A stretch of DNA of 60,421 nt, filler included, from Dugesia japonica (lineage: Eukaryota), in assembly GCA_001938525.1 (NCBI GenBank). It is 4 parts of 4 records of this genome, joined end to end, with 100 filler letters (N's around TTAATTAATTAA, not from the genome) between each part and the next. Parts side by side here need not be neighbours in the genome. Positions count along the whole stretch, not along the records: positions 13,674 to 30,765 come from MQRL01544809.1; 3 more parts are not named here. The stretch is one strand, 5' to 3'. Shown here piece after piece: positions 14,234 to 27,439 of this stretch (position 1 is the stretch's first letter; each line of letters opens with the position of its first letter). The translations under genes were made by a program, and so were the position numbers. Below the pieces are notes generated by a model that was not told where the DNA came from, did not search any database, and saw nothing but the letters and a program-made list of their open reading frames with translations.

Positions 14234-15180
14234 TTAAATTTATACTTATGGTATCTATCTATATTTGTATAACGTGAACATATTAGTCAATGCATACCTA
14301 TTGAAATTTGTAAGAAATTAATGGGATTTTTAAAGGACTTAATAATATTAGTATGATTTATTGTACTTAATGCATATTTTATTGGTATAAGGCATTAGTC
14401 TATGATGTATTGAATCTAGTGTATTACAGTTTGACTTAAGTGATTTGTTATGAAATAATGAAAACTAGTATGTTTTAATGAAAATAAGTTCATTTGTATG
14501 GAGTTTGATTATACTTTGAAGAAAGTACTGTATAATTATGAAACTTTGCAGTATAAATAATGTGTATATTAAGTTAATAGGTAATGGAATTGTTCTATAA
14601 GTTAATCAAGTTTGTATTCCTTTGTCATTTTATTTATGAAACTCATAATAAATCAGTTAAACCTATCATACCCAATGACAACAATGTATGAAATACAAAC
14701 TTATAAAACTCATGAAATCATAGAAAACTCTAAAAAGCTACGGAATACTTTGAAAACCATTGAGTATCCAAAAGCTAAAGAATACTCAGAAAACCATCGA
14801 TTATCCTAATACCGTTGAGTATTCTAAAACCAATGAGTATTGAAAAAGATATAGAATACTCAGAAAACAATTTAATAATGTACGAGTTATAGTCAAAAGA
14901 TGGAAACAAACAACTATATATTGATTTTATTAACAATGAAACTGATTATTTGGTATTTAAAGAAAAGAAGGAACACAGAAGACAGTTGAGCAAGCAGGGG
15001 AGCAGACGAGTAGAAGGAGGAAGAGCAAGCAAAACCATAGAAAGATGTATATTTTCTTAAAAAAGATACATGGTAACTGTTAATTATGTAACATATAAGC
15101 TAAATAAACCTATTGAATAATCATTTGTCATGAAATTTGAGTGACCAGTTGCTATTAGTTACTATATGCCAGTGCGCTCA

Positions 15181-15196
15181 TATCTATCTATCTATC

Positions 15197-15254
<58 letters not shown>

Positions 15255-15304
15255 NNNNNNNNNNNNNNNNNNNNNNNNNNNNNNNNNNNNNNNNNNNNNN
15301 NNNN

Positions 15305-15370
<66 letters not shown>
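15181..15370 (+). repeat. (TATC)n followed by (TAT)n microsatellite
   Basis: Direct reading; partly gapped. Confidence 0.95.
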
Positions 15371-16749
15371 AATTTGCTGTTATTATATTAAGCCATTACT
15401 GATCGAAGCTTTTATTTTAAATGAATTCTGAAAAACGAACAATCATTCTCGTAATAATTGTAATTTTAAAATTAGAATTAATTAATTTAAATGACTTAAA
15501 CAATGAAAAATATGTGGAAATATTTTAATAGCTTTTCATCAAGAAGAAAGCATGTTTCGATAGTAGTTTATTAAGCAATATATAGCAGTTTTTATTCTGA
15601 CTTTTATGCTTTAAAAATAAAACTAATTATAATTATAATTACAAATATAATCAACAATTTTAATTTATTTCGAGAACCAAGCTTTTTTAGCCATAAGTCA
15701 TTTAGGAAATGTATAGCCAGTTTTAATTTCTGAGTTTAATGATACGAATTTTGAGTTTATATTATCAATATTGGCTGAGAAAGTTCTAAACCAAAGTCAA
15801 AATGGTTTAGTGCGCTAGTACCTTTTCTGAGAGAACCAAGCATATTTATATAACAAACCTTATTTACATTTTTATCAGTTTTTTATTCTAAGAAGATTGA
15901 TACAAAATTCAACATTATACAATAATTTTTGACTGAGAAATAAATTATTGAGATTTTTTATTTTAAACTTTGACCTCGATTTTCATAGTAAAAGAAGCAG
16001 AAAGAAGAAAAAGTTTTGCATGAATATGTTCCTGACTTACTTTTTAATTTTCTATCGAATAATATCAATTTTGAGTCAAAATCGTTTAGAACACTGGAGA
16101 GGAGAAAACGGTTCACAAAGAACCAAGCATGCTTTAAAAAAGTAAAGTTATATTTCTATAGTTTTTAATTATGAGTTGAATGGGATAAAAATATTTTAAA
16201 AATTATAAATAATTTAATTACAATTAAAATTTATAAATTATTATATTGTTGGGAAATGAACTAACACAAAACACTAATGATACATAAAAATGCACAAACA
16301 AACAGCATAATAAGAAATACAAAATACACAATGTTAGATGAGTTTTGAGAACTCATCGGATTATAAACATCAGAACTCGAATTCATTACAAGATTTATTA
16401 AAACAAAAACTATGACTAACCATATTTATTTATTCAAACAAATTAAAACCCCGTGTTTTCATTGGTTATCATTTTTTAAAATTTTAAATCGAAAATTTTA
16501 TTTATTAAAAATTAATTTAATTTAATTTATTTAAAATTTAAGACAAAATTGTCGTTCACGTTAAAAATTTTACTTTATTATTCAATTTAAAATCGAAACA
16601 TTTATTTATTTAATTAGCCAAGGTTTGGTTTAGTCAAATAATTTTATAATTTATCATTAAACAAAATATTTGTTATTTAAATTTTTCATCAAAAATTTAA
16701 ATCTTTCTTTTAAAACGATAGTTTTCTATATTCCAATTTTATATTTAAG

Positions 16750-17634
16750 TTTGAAACTGTGATTTGATCGGTTTCTTAGTATTCAGCATAAAAGTGATAG
16801 CTTTATAGTCTGTTCTAAGAATAAATCTCATACAATTTAAGTAATATTTGAAATGAGTACAAAAGTAGTAAATTGCAAGCAATTCTTTCCACATAGTACA
16901 ATATCCTTACTCGTCATTGCTTGTGATCCATATACAATTACTCTTTTTTGCCCATTGTAGTCCTTTTGAGATAGTACTACCCCAATTGTATCGAAACTCG
17001 CATTCATGTCCAAAATAAATCCTCTATTTATATCTGTAAAATATAATATTGGAGACATCATTAGTGCTTCTTTCATTCTACTAAAAACTACTTTTAATTC
17101 ATTCCCACATTCAATTTTCTTGTTACTCGGCCCACTACACAGTTGTTCCAGCAATCTAGCTTTTTTCGAATAATCTTTAATAAACTTGCGATAGTAATTG
17201 CAAATTCCCAAAANGCTTCTCATCTTCTTAACGCATTTTTGTTTAAAAAAGTTCTTAATTGCTTCTATTTTAGTTGGATCTGTTTTGGCACCTTCTTTAC
17301 TGATAACTTGTCCCAAAAATCTGATCTCCTTTTCCATGAATTGACATTTTTCCAGATTAACTCTAAGACCAGCCTTTTTAATTTCTGTTAATACTTTATT
17401 GACTATTTCATAGTGTTGCTCTTTTGTTTCGGTAAGTTAGAGAATACCATCTAGATAAACCATTGCTCCTTTTATTTTCCTGATCACTTTGTTAATCATT
17501 TCCTGGGACGTACCTGGTACTGGTGCAATTCCAAAAGGTTTTCTATTGAAACAAAGTAGCCCGTATTTAGTTAAAAAAGCCGTTTTTTCTTGAGGATCTT
17601 CACTGAGTTCCACTTGATAGTATTTCAATTTCAA
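16750..17634 (-). mobile_element. Ty3/gypsy RT-RNase H fragment
   Basis: QEKTAF, PFGI, VYLDGIL (decayed YLDD), FLGQVIS, LGICNYYRKFI, IGVVLSQ. Confidence 0.9.
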
Positions 17635-18016
17635 TAATACAATTTCAAATTAAAAATTTTAAATATTTTTGAAAAATGTCTTTGATTTTTATAGGTTTAA
17701 AATAGTAATTTTAATAAAATATTATTAAAGAAAAGACTTTTATTAGAATATAAATTAATTTCTTATTGAAAAATTGTTAAAAATTTAAAAAATTAAAAAC
17801 TATAGCCATCTTATATTCAGTATAATTGCTTGAATCTTTGTTTAAATAATACAGATATAATAAACTAATTTTTTTCATTTATGTCTGATGATGACCGTTG
17901 ATCAATGGTAATATATAACAATAAAGTTTTATTTTAAATGGCTTTATTTATTTTATTATTATTTTTTTACCATTTATTTTTTGAATATTATTTCTGTACT
18001 AGATTTTAAATTTTAC

Positions 18017-18238
18017 CTCAATTCCTTTTCTGAGACCATCTGGAATATTAGTAAATCCTCCACTTGTCAAGTCTTTTACTGCTTGTATAAGACTGTTTTT
18101 GTTTACAGAATTATTCATTTGCTTTAAATGAGCTTTAATTTGACCTTGGTTACTGAATGAAGCCAATCCTAGTTCTGCGGTGTCTTCAACCGTTTGATTG
18201 ATGAATTCAACAACAGAGTTTTGCATGTTCTTTATAAT
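18017..18238 (-). CDS. Isolated internal exon encoding part of a VWA domain (CLCA-like)
   Basis: Bounded by AG (18240-39) and GT (18016-15). It is 222 nt, phase 0-0 and open: IIKNMQNSVVEFINQTVEDTAELGLASFSN...LTSGGFTNIPDGLRKGIE, a typical VWA 'GLVxF..GGxTxI..GL' pattern. Confidence 0.6.
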
Positions 18239-18329
18239 CTAAATAAATAAATTAATTTAATTATTCTTTAAAATTTGAAAAATGAAGAACTTATTAGAAA
18301 GATTAAATGAATACGACAAAGAATAATAA

Positions 18330-18580
18330 TATTACAATAAAAATTATTGCGAAAATAATTGTTTTACTTAACCATTGATCGTTTTTGAGATTTTATCAAA
18401 ATAAAATCTTCTATCAAATCATTTTTGATTTTGCTAATAATTCAAATTTTCGGCTGTCTTTTTCAGGAATTGATTTTTTTTTGAATAATAAAAAAGTCAA
18501 TTTCTGACGAAGACAAAGTCGAAAATTCGAAATACTATCAAAAACAAAACTTATTTTATTAAAGCTTTTATCTTAATGAA
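18330..18580. repeat. Fold-back MITE family copy (others at ~15400-15470, 21085-21320, 34649-34790)
   Basis: Shared AAAGCTTTTAT..AAATGAATTCT..AAAACGATCAATGGTTA..ATTATTCTCGCAATAAT arm and a palindromic centre (TCAGGAATTGA / TCAATTTCTGA). Confidence 0.7.
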
Positions 18581-18598
18581 AAAAGAATAACAAATATA

Positions 18599-19841
18599 TT
18601 AAGGGTACAGATAAATAATGGGGATTTTGTTTATAATCGATTAACTAAAATATGATAATATAATTTTAAATTAAAAAATAATTCATTTTCTTTAAATAAT
18701 TGCTAATTAATAGGGTAAATATGTAAATTTTCATAATATGTTAATATATTGAAACCTTTTAGATCTAAACATGTCAACAACAAAGGTAATTTGCAGAAGT
18801 TCTTATTCATTATTTTATGATGAATACAAGTGCTGTAGAAAGCTAATGGATATTTTGTGATGTTTATAGATAACATGTAGTATATCAAAATGTGTGCAAG
18901 CGTTAGTTTAAGCGCTTCAGAAATGAGGATTTCAGTGAACAAACAACCTTCAGGCCGTCCTTCCTTCAGGCCGTTAGAAGACCAAGATTTAGAAACTTTA
19001 TTGGATGAAGATTCATGTCAACCCCAAAATCAACTTGCGTCAACATAAGATGTTACTCAGCAGTCAATATATGCGCGATTACATGATATGAGCAAGCTTT
19101 TAAAGAAAGGAAAATGAGTCGCTTATCAATTAAATAAAAGATAACTGGACAACCAAAAATTGGTCAGTAAAATGTTGTTACAGCGGTACGAAAAAAGTCT
19201 TTCTTCCATCGAATTTTGACAGGAGATAAAAAGTGGATTTATTTTGAAAATGTAAAACGTAAAGAATCATGTATTAACCCAGCTTAACCGTCAAAGTAGA
19301 TTGATAGACCAGACCGCTTTGGAAGGTAAGCAGTGCTCTGCGTCTGGTGGAATAAAACAAGGTGTACTGTAACATGAGTTTCTCAAACCAGGTGAAGCAG
19401 TTAATTCCAAGCGCTACCAAAACCAAATAGTCCAGGTGAATCACTCTTTAGTAGCTAAACGTCCAGAATGGGTAAAAAACATGGCAAAGTAATTTTGCTC
19501 CATGACAACGCAACGCCACACATGTCTAAAGCAGTTAAAAGATATTAAATGGGAAGTACTCACCCACCCGCCGTATTTATAAAATATTGCTCCTTTATAA
19601 TTTCATCTGTTTTGATAAATGACCTATGGACTTGCTGACCAGCACTTTGAAACATTCGAAGATGTCAAAAATGGGTCTCTGAATGGTTCTCCTCAAAACC
19701 AGAGAAGTAAATTTACTGAAAGATTGGAGAAATGTGTGGCTAGCAATGGCAATTACTTTGAAGAAATTATTTTTGATGTATCCTTTGAAATTATCATTCC
19801 TTTGTTATTAAAAAATCCGCATTATCTATCTGTACCCCTAA
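18599..19841 (+). mobile_element. Near-full-length decayed mariner element (~1.24 kb)
   Basis: TIRs TTAAGGGTACAGATAAATAATGGGGATTTT / TTAGGGGTACAGATAGATAATGCGGATTTT with TA on both sides. Transposase relics GRP, ILTGDKKWIYFEN, LLHDNATPH and HPPY, interrupted by stops. Confidence 0.92.
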
Positions 19842-21412
19842 TAAATATCATTTGAAATCAATAAATAATCAGAAGCAGCATTTCAAATATTATTTTACAA
19901 AATTGTGAAGTTTTAGAAATTAATAAAATTAAACAATAAAGATTAAACATTAAAAATTAAAATCTTTTGTTGATTTATAGTATTTATAAGATTAATTAAC
20001 AAATTATCGCCTGTCTGGTCAGTTAAAAACGTATTTAGATGAAGACGTTAGGTTTGAATCTATTTAAGGAATATCGCAATATTTAAATGAAATTTAAAAA
20101 GAAAGAATTACTGTAAAGTGTTCATAAAAATAAACCACATATGCAATACAATTCAGCATTACAGAAAATAAATGAATATAAAAAAAACTATATAGATACA
20201 GAGTGATATTCGTTTTGATAATTACAAGGCTGATATATTTGAGACAAGAATTACAGACCTTGTTTGTCTACTTGAATCTTTAAAACAAAAAAAGTGTCAA
20301 TTGAGTTACACAAATACTTTTATTTATAGATTTACAGTTGCCAACATTTGTTAACTACTCAACTGGAGGATTTCCCAAAAAACTATCACAATATTTTATT
20401 TATTCAATAATCATATTATATTTACTATATTTATAATGCTTCTTATTTCTTAAAATTGTATTTTTTCTGAATTTGGTGCTTGCAAATAATTTATTTTGGT
20501 CATGCTGAAATAAATAAGAATGAAAAGCTTCGCAGTTCATGTCGAAATTAATTATATTAAAGAATAATAAATAAAACATTGATATTCCTAGTGAAATTAC
20601 TAGTAAAACTGGAAACTGGATAAATGACTCTAAAATTGGAGTCTCCAGGCAAAAATGACATGGTTAGTAACCCTAGGTAGATTACATTTCTTGCTTACAA
20701 AACGAACAACAGTTGTTTAAACTATTTGTATTTCTTAACAGCGAAATTAAATAAAAAATATTGCTCTAGGATTAGATGTATTGATAGCAAGCCTTTAAAT
20801 AAGGAAAGAATCATTATTTACAAAACAAGACATTTTATTTGAATTTATTTAATAATATCAGTAAGAAATTGAAAAAATAACCAAATATATAATTGTAAAA
20901 AATCTGCAAAACTTTAAATTAAAATTCAATCTTAATGTTATTTTTGAATTATTTAAAAACTTTAACAAATGTGCAATAAATAGAAGATAAATCAATACTT
21001 ATTAAAACAATTTTATAATATAATAAAAATAATAAAAATTAAAGAAAATAAAAATAATTAATAATATTACAAACAATTAATATTAATTCATTTAATATAA
21101 AAGCTTTGATCAACATTTTGCTTTTTTATTGATATTGGATAACAAATCGATATTTCGACCTTGTCCTCGTCAGGAATTGACTTTTTGAATTATTATCCAA
21201 TATCAATTAAAAAAACCAAAATTTTGGTTAAAGCTTTTATATTAAATGAATTCTATAAAACGATCAATGGTTATGTTCAACAATTATTCTCGCAATAATG
21301 GCAAGTGTAAATTAATATTAATATAAATATTTAATAATAATAGTAAAAATAATTAATATTAATCAAAAAAAAATTCAAGATGAATAAAAATTTACATTAA
21401 GTACTAATTTTA

Positions 21413-22586
21413 TCGAGTCATCGGGAAAGTCCTGTAAGTTTTGTCAAACAAATTTTAAATGAAAAATTTAATAAAATTAAAACACTTTTATTGAACAAAA
21501 ATTCCTCGAAGATAGATAGTTGAAAAAGTCATCTAGAAACGTCTTGATGGCCTCAAATGAATTAAATTCTCTTCCACTATAGAAATTTTTTAATAATCCG
21601 AATAAATGGTAATCCAAAGGGGAAATGTCAAGTAAGCATGGTAGATGAACTATAAGGTTCCAGCGGTAATTCTGGATTACTTACCGCACAATCAAGTCTA
21701 GCATTATCATGATGTAAAACAACACAATCCGTTCAGCCAATTTCGGTCGCTTGACATCAATAACAACCTTAAGATCTTCTAGCTAAGAAGAATAATTTTC
21801 AGAATTGATCGTTTAATTGTGCGGCATCAATTCATAGCAGTATATCTATTAAAAATTCCACCACACGACAGTAACAGCTTTCGCGGAAAAAGATCAGCTT
21901 TTGGCGTTTTTAATGGACTTTCCCCTGCCTTACCCCAAAAACTCCTTCTTGTGACATTCTTATTCTGGTACCATTTCTCATCCCCTGTGATAATCCATCT
22001 TAATAAAGATACAATTTCATTTATTTTAAGTACAGATTTACAAGCATTAATTCTAGCAGTTCTATTCTTTTCTGTCAGTATGAGGAACCCAGACATCGTA
22101 TTGACTGATGAATCCAAAATTTTTAAAATTATCGTGAAAAGTGCTTTAAGTTCTTCTGCAATTTCTTGAACAGAGATTTTTCAGTATTAACTCGTGCAAC
22201 ATATTTTCATCGATAACCGAAGGCTTACTTTCCAGACTGAAATCCGAACCGTTAACTTTAACAAACCATCTACGAACTGTTTCTGCAAATACTGTTCCTT
22301 GTCCATATACTGCACAAATCTGTTAGGCAGTTATCTTAACAGTTTTACTCTGTTTAAAACGAAACAACATTATATGATAAAAATTATTCTGTGGTAGATT
22401 CGGTTCTTAATCCAAAAACAAACATCAATCAATACATCCATGTTTACAAATAACTAATTGGTATTTAACACAGCTCAATATTTCTTGGTTTTTTGATTTA
22501 AAAGAACAAATTTTACTTTTATAATAGGTTTTATAAATAGAATAAAACAGGTTCGAAAAATCCACAGGACTTTCTGGATGACCTAA
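21413..22586 (-). mobile_element. Decayed mariner element
   Basis: TIRs TCGAGTCATCGGGAAAGTCCTGT / TTAGGTCATCCAGAAAGTCCTGT with TA flanks. Relics IITGDEKWYQN, LHHDNA and DYHLF. Confidence 0.9.
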
Positions 22587-24013
22587 TATAATAATTTTAA
22601 ATATTTCTAACATTTGACATGCTACTAGATACATCAAGAACTAAAACTAATTTTCTATTTCTTCCAGATAAAATTGTGAAATCAGGATTGCTGTAATTCT
22701 GCTGAATGAGATTTCTATCTGAAAATTGATATCAATAAATTTATATTTTTTAAAAAAGTTAAAAGCTATAATTTCAGAACACAATTTTCAAAGATTTTTT
22801 CTAATTGTGGGGAAATGTATAATTCTCGAATGTTTTAAGTTCTTTTTGTAATTATTTTAATGTCTTATCAATTAAAAAAAATAAGCGATTGTTTAAATGT
22901 TTTACTTAAATAAAAATTTAGTAATTATTTGTAAAAATTATTATTTACAACAAAACTTTTTATGTTTAGAAAATTGATTTTTACTAATAATAATTTTTTT
23001 CTGACTAGAATTAAATTTCCAATTATAAGTTAATATTGTTTTTACAAACCTTTGAATCCAAAAGATTATTTAATTTAACTTTACCTTTAAATTTATCACC
23101 ACAATCATTGTAATTTTATTCTTTCATTTTAATAATTCAATGTAAATTATTTTATATTTAAAAGACTATTTTTACTAGTAGGTAGATAATAGCACACTCG
23201 AACAGCACACATTCAGATTAATGATATCATGAAATTTAATCATAATTTTTTTAGTTGGAAATTTAACTTTACCTTTAAATTTATCATCACAATCATAATT
23301 TATTTTATATATAAAATGTTTGAAGGGATTAAATATTTTAAATGCAATAAATGTGAACAAATATTTTTTACAAAACAGATTATAGTATCGTTCAAAAAAT
23401 AATTGTTTTAAAAGAGAACAAGAAAGTATTTCTTTAACCAAATTTCAAATAATCAAGAAAATAGTTCATTGAAACCAAAATATCATGAATGTGAAAATAA
23501 TTAGTTATTGAATTATGATATATAAAGTGAGGAAAGAGAAAGAGGAAATGAGGAATTCAAAGTAATGTAAAGAAATATAAAGTAATGTAAACTGAAAAAA
23601 AGTGATGTAGAAAAATTTAAACTGAACTAGAGTGAAAATAATTTTTTTCAAAAGGAAATAACCCTTTCTTGAAGTGTTTAAACTTCTACTTTTAAAAAAT
23701 GCCTTAAAGTAAAGTTCTAGATGAAATTGAATTGAATTATATTAAAAAATGGAAAGATAAAAAGATTGAATATCCAAACAAAACTAATGGAAAAATCGCT
23801 AAAGAAAAAAATCTTTCAATTAAAAAATTAAATGAGATTTAAAAAATAAATTAAGTAAGAGTAAAACTAGAAAAGATACTCTTTTGATCATATTTTAAAA
23901 TACTTCGTTAAAATTCCCAAGGAGAATATATTTATGATTAGCAATTAAACAGTAAAAATTTGAAAGAAACACTCAAAAAGAAATGAAAAACATTAATCTA
24001 ATTTATTGGTATA

Positions 24014-25008
24014 AATAGGTAGATAATATAGCACTGGATCACCTCCACCACGGTATTAGATTATTTAATGAAACTTGCTCCTAATGTATTTAGTTGGGAA
24101 TTTAAAAATGACATCATATAAGGTAATATTGCGCAACTTATCCAGTATTTGTATTGTGGTTGAGAAAATATTTTTCACACAAATTATGTGGAAAATTAAT
24201 TTCATCGTCGAGAATTTTACGTAATCGGATTAAGTGATCCAGAATTTTTTCTGTGTATTAAGTTGGGTAAAACATTTTAGGCTTTTTAGGCTGTAGTATT
24301 TGTTTAGGTAGCAAAATTTTTTTCAAGCTTTTTCGTTGGAAATTTACTCAGTGAGGTCGAATGAGGTCAATTTTTAATTGGTTTTAGTTGGGTTTCGACT
24401 GGAAATACATCAGTGAGTACGAATCTGGGAAAACTTGATTGATTTTAGGTGTTTTTGGATGATTATTTACTCGGTGAGATTGAATGAGCTCGGTTTTTGG
24501 TTAGTTTATGTAAATTAATTGATAACCTTCTTGGAGAGCTCAAAAATGGATAATTTTTGTTTGGTTCAAGTGCATTTGAATGAATATCTCCTTGAGATTG
24601 GAAAATTTTGGTAATTTTTGGCTAATTATTTCCTCAGTCTGGCAAGTTTGGGTAATTTTGAAGTAACTTTGTCAAATTCTTCTTTGGGTTTGGCAAGTTT
24701 GGGTTGAAATTTTACGGAAATTCATGGAAAAAATCCAATTTGTTTAAATTTTNNNNNNNNNNNNNNNNNNNNNNNNNNNNNNNNNNNNNNNNNNNNNNNN
24801 NNNNNNNNNNNNNNNNNNNNNGTTTTAATTTTTCAGATATAAACCTAAAATAGCCCAAGTTTATCTGATGACCATATTTATCGAATTTTCTCTTTCAAAA
24901 TTAAGTTTGATGATTTTAGTTGATGTTTTTCTTGATGAACGTTTTTCATTACATCAGCTAATACTGGGGGGAGGAGAGATGTTCAATTGCGCCACTATCT
25001 ACCTACTG
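24014..25008. mobile_element. ~1 kb non-autonomous DNA element with ~65-bp imperfect TIRs and internal ~60-bp degenerate tandem repeats
   Basis: TAGGTAGATAATATAGCACTGGATCACCTCCACCACGGTATTAG aligns with the rc of the right end, CAGTAGGTAGATAGTGGCGCAATTGAACATCTCTCCTCCCCCCAGTATTAG. Repeats of TTTACTC(A/G)GTGAG lie at 24340-24600. A third terminus lies at ~23175. Confidence 0.6.
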
Positions 25009-25644
25009 GCATATGTAAAAAATTAAGAAGAATATCCAAAAATAAATAAAAAAGATTATCATGAGGCTAATTTATCATTGGGAAAATTACCTAACCCTTC
25101 CAGAATCTATGCTTTAAAATAAAATAAAGCAATGAGAGAAATTTTGAAATCTCTAAAAGAAGATTCTTTAGAAATAGAGATGATGATAAATTTTTAAAGA
25201 CCTTTAAAAAACAAAAAAGTAAAATTTTATATTTTTTGCTTAGGAAAATGGTTGATTATGTTGATAATGTTAAGCAATATCTCGAGTTTTTAAATGATTT
25301 ATGAAAAGATTTTTCAATAGTTTGTAATTTAACTTCCTAAAAGCAAAGTAATATGTTGTAAGAAATTCATCAAAATTGTAAGACAATTATAAAAACAGGA
25401 GAAATAATAGTAGAAGTTATTTGTGATATGTATTACGAAAATGTAGCATTAACTGAAGAAAATAATTCTTTTAATGATGTTCTAAATAAAAATAATTCAT
25501 GAAATGCAGAAAATCTAAAGTTTTATAGAGATAATACGAACGAGTATTCTCACAACAAAAATCAATACTAAATTATAGAGTAGAAAAAATATTAAAAAAA
25601 TTAGATAGTTTGTCATATTGAAATTACTAAAATTACTTCTTTAA

Positions 25645-27435
25645 CCTCTTACAACATGGTGGATCATATATGGCACAAATACTATATTATTCACAAAAAC
25701 CAATTAAATCTAAAAAACAAACTAAATTTCTTGCATGAAGTGCCATATTTGGAACCGACACACAGTTATTGTTGACATAGTGACATATATTGTTGTGTTT
25801 GTGGAACTAACATTCAAACTTCTGTAATGGCTACCAGTGAATCAGCTGAGTGACATACTGTTGATTTATAAAGTCAATTTTGTGTGTAAATTGTGTAATA
25901 ATTACTCATCAAAAATATATTTATAATGTATGTCTTATAGAAAGTGATCAAAACAAAAAGTATTTTGTTTATTTCCCTGTCTATTTTACAAATAATATGT
26001 TTGCGCCTTATATGGCAAAACATTAATTTTAGATATAAATTGAGTTTATTATTTTTTTCCTATTAGTATTTTCAATCCGAGAATAATTTATGGCTCGAAC
26101 ATCACTGTTCAGAGCATACCAGTATAAAGTGACGATGAAGAACTATCTGAAATCGAACATGAAGGAAATGCATTAGTTCCAGAATCTGACTATGACAAAC
26201 AATGTAAAGCAAACCTATCCGACATTATTATTGATGAAACAGATGCAAAAAAATCTCAAAAAAGTAAGAGCAATATACCTTTTAGTGAAATACGTTTAAA
26301 ATTAAACAAAAACAAGCAGTTTTCTACGTGGAAAATAGGAAATTTACTAATGTCAGAAGAAAAAAATAAAATTTCATGGCAATTTAAATGTCACAACTGA
26401 ATTAAAAAGATTAGATTCTCCTTACTGTTTGTTCAGATTCTGTCTAACAGATAAAATTGTGAGTGAAATTGTCTCTATGTCTATCTTGTACACACAAAAA
26501 GATCAAATAATCTGATTATTCTCAATAAACAAGTGCTAGAACAGTTTATATGTACCTGTTTGTACATGTCTATTGTACAATTGCTTAATGTTAGAAATTA
26601 CTGGAATATGAATCTCAACTATCGTTTAGTATCAGAGGTGATGTCCTGTAATATGTAGGAAGAAATCAAAACATTTTGCACTTTTTTAATAATGATGATG
26701 CTATTTAAGCAAGTGTTCCAGGCAAGAGCAAATTTTACAAAATCCAACCATTTCATGTTAAATTTCGTCATCAATTACTAAAAGTCTCTAAAGAAGAATA
26801 TTTGACCATAGATGAACAAATAATCTCTACAAACGCTCATTAAATAATCATACAATACGATCCCAAAAGTCCTAATAAATGGAGATACAAAGCATTTGTC
26901 TTTAGTGGTGTCAGCGGATTTTCATATGACTATGAATTCTTTTAGAAGGTCAGAGTAAAAAAATGTCTGATTGTTTTCTTGACTTAGGTATGAGCTTCAA
27001 TGTATTACTATAATTGACAGAGTAGGTGCCAAGATTAAGTGCCAATTATAAGTTCTTTCTTGATAATTAGATCAATAGTGTTCCGTTACAAATTTATCTA
27101 TCAAAGAAGGGTTTGTATTTGTAGGAACCGTTAGAATAAATAGGGTGAGGAATTACAATATGCCAAAGGAATTGGAACTGAAAATGAATGGTAGTGGAGC
27201 TATGCTAGAAAAAGTGTCCACCGTCGATGATATCAAAATATCTGTAACATCTTGGTATGAAAATAAAGTAGTGAATATCATGTTCATGTTTACATATGTT
27301 GAAAGTATTCCAATAGTTGAAATAAAGCGTTTCTCAAAAGAAAATCAAACCTATATAATGGTTCTATGTCTAAATGCAGTAAAGGTTTAAATTAAATAAA
27401 AAAATATAAAAGGTGTAAATCATCTCGATTCCTTG
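25645..27435 (+). mobile_element. Decayed piggyBac (PGBD-like) transposon, 3'-truncated
   Basis: TTAA+CCTCTT left end and acidic N-terminus. Relics IDEQII, QYDPKSPNKW, SGVSGFSYDYE, FxDN, GTVRINR and SWYENKVV. Confidence 0.85.
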
Positions 27436-27439
27436 TATA

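Noticed and set aside
13964-15402. Poly-Ile/Tyr/Leu ORFs
   Set aside because: Translations of microsatellites and N gaps.
24340-24710. CRISPR-like array or coding repeat
   Set aside because: Units are degenerate along their whole length with no unique spacers, the frames examined contain stops, there are no cas genes, and the context is eukaryotic.
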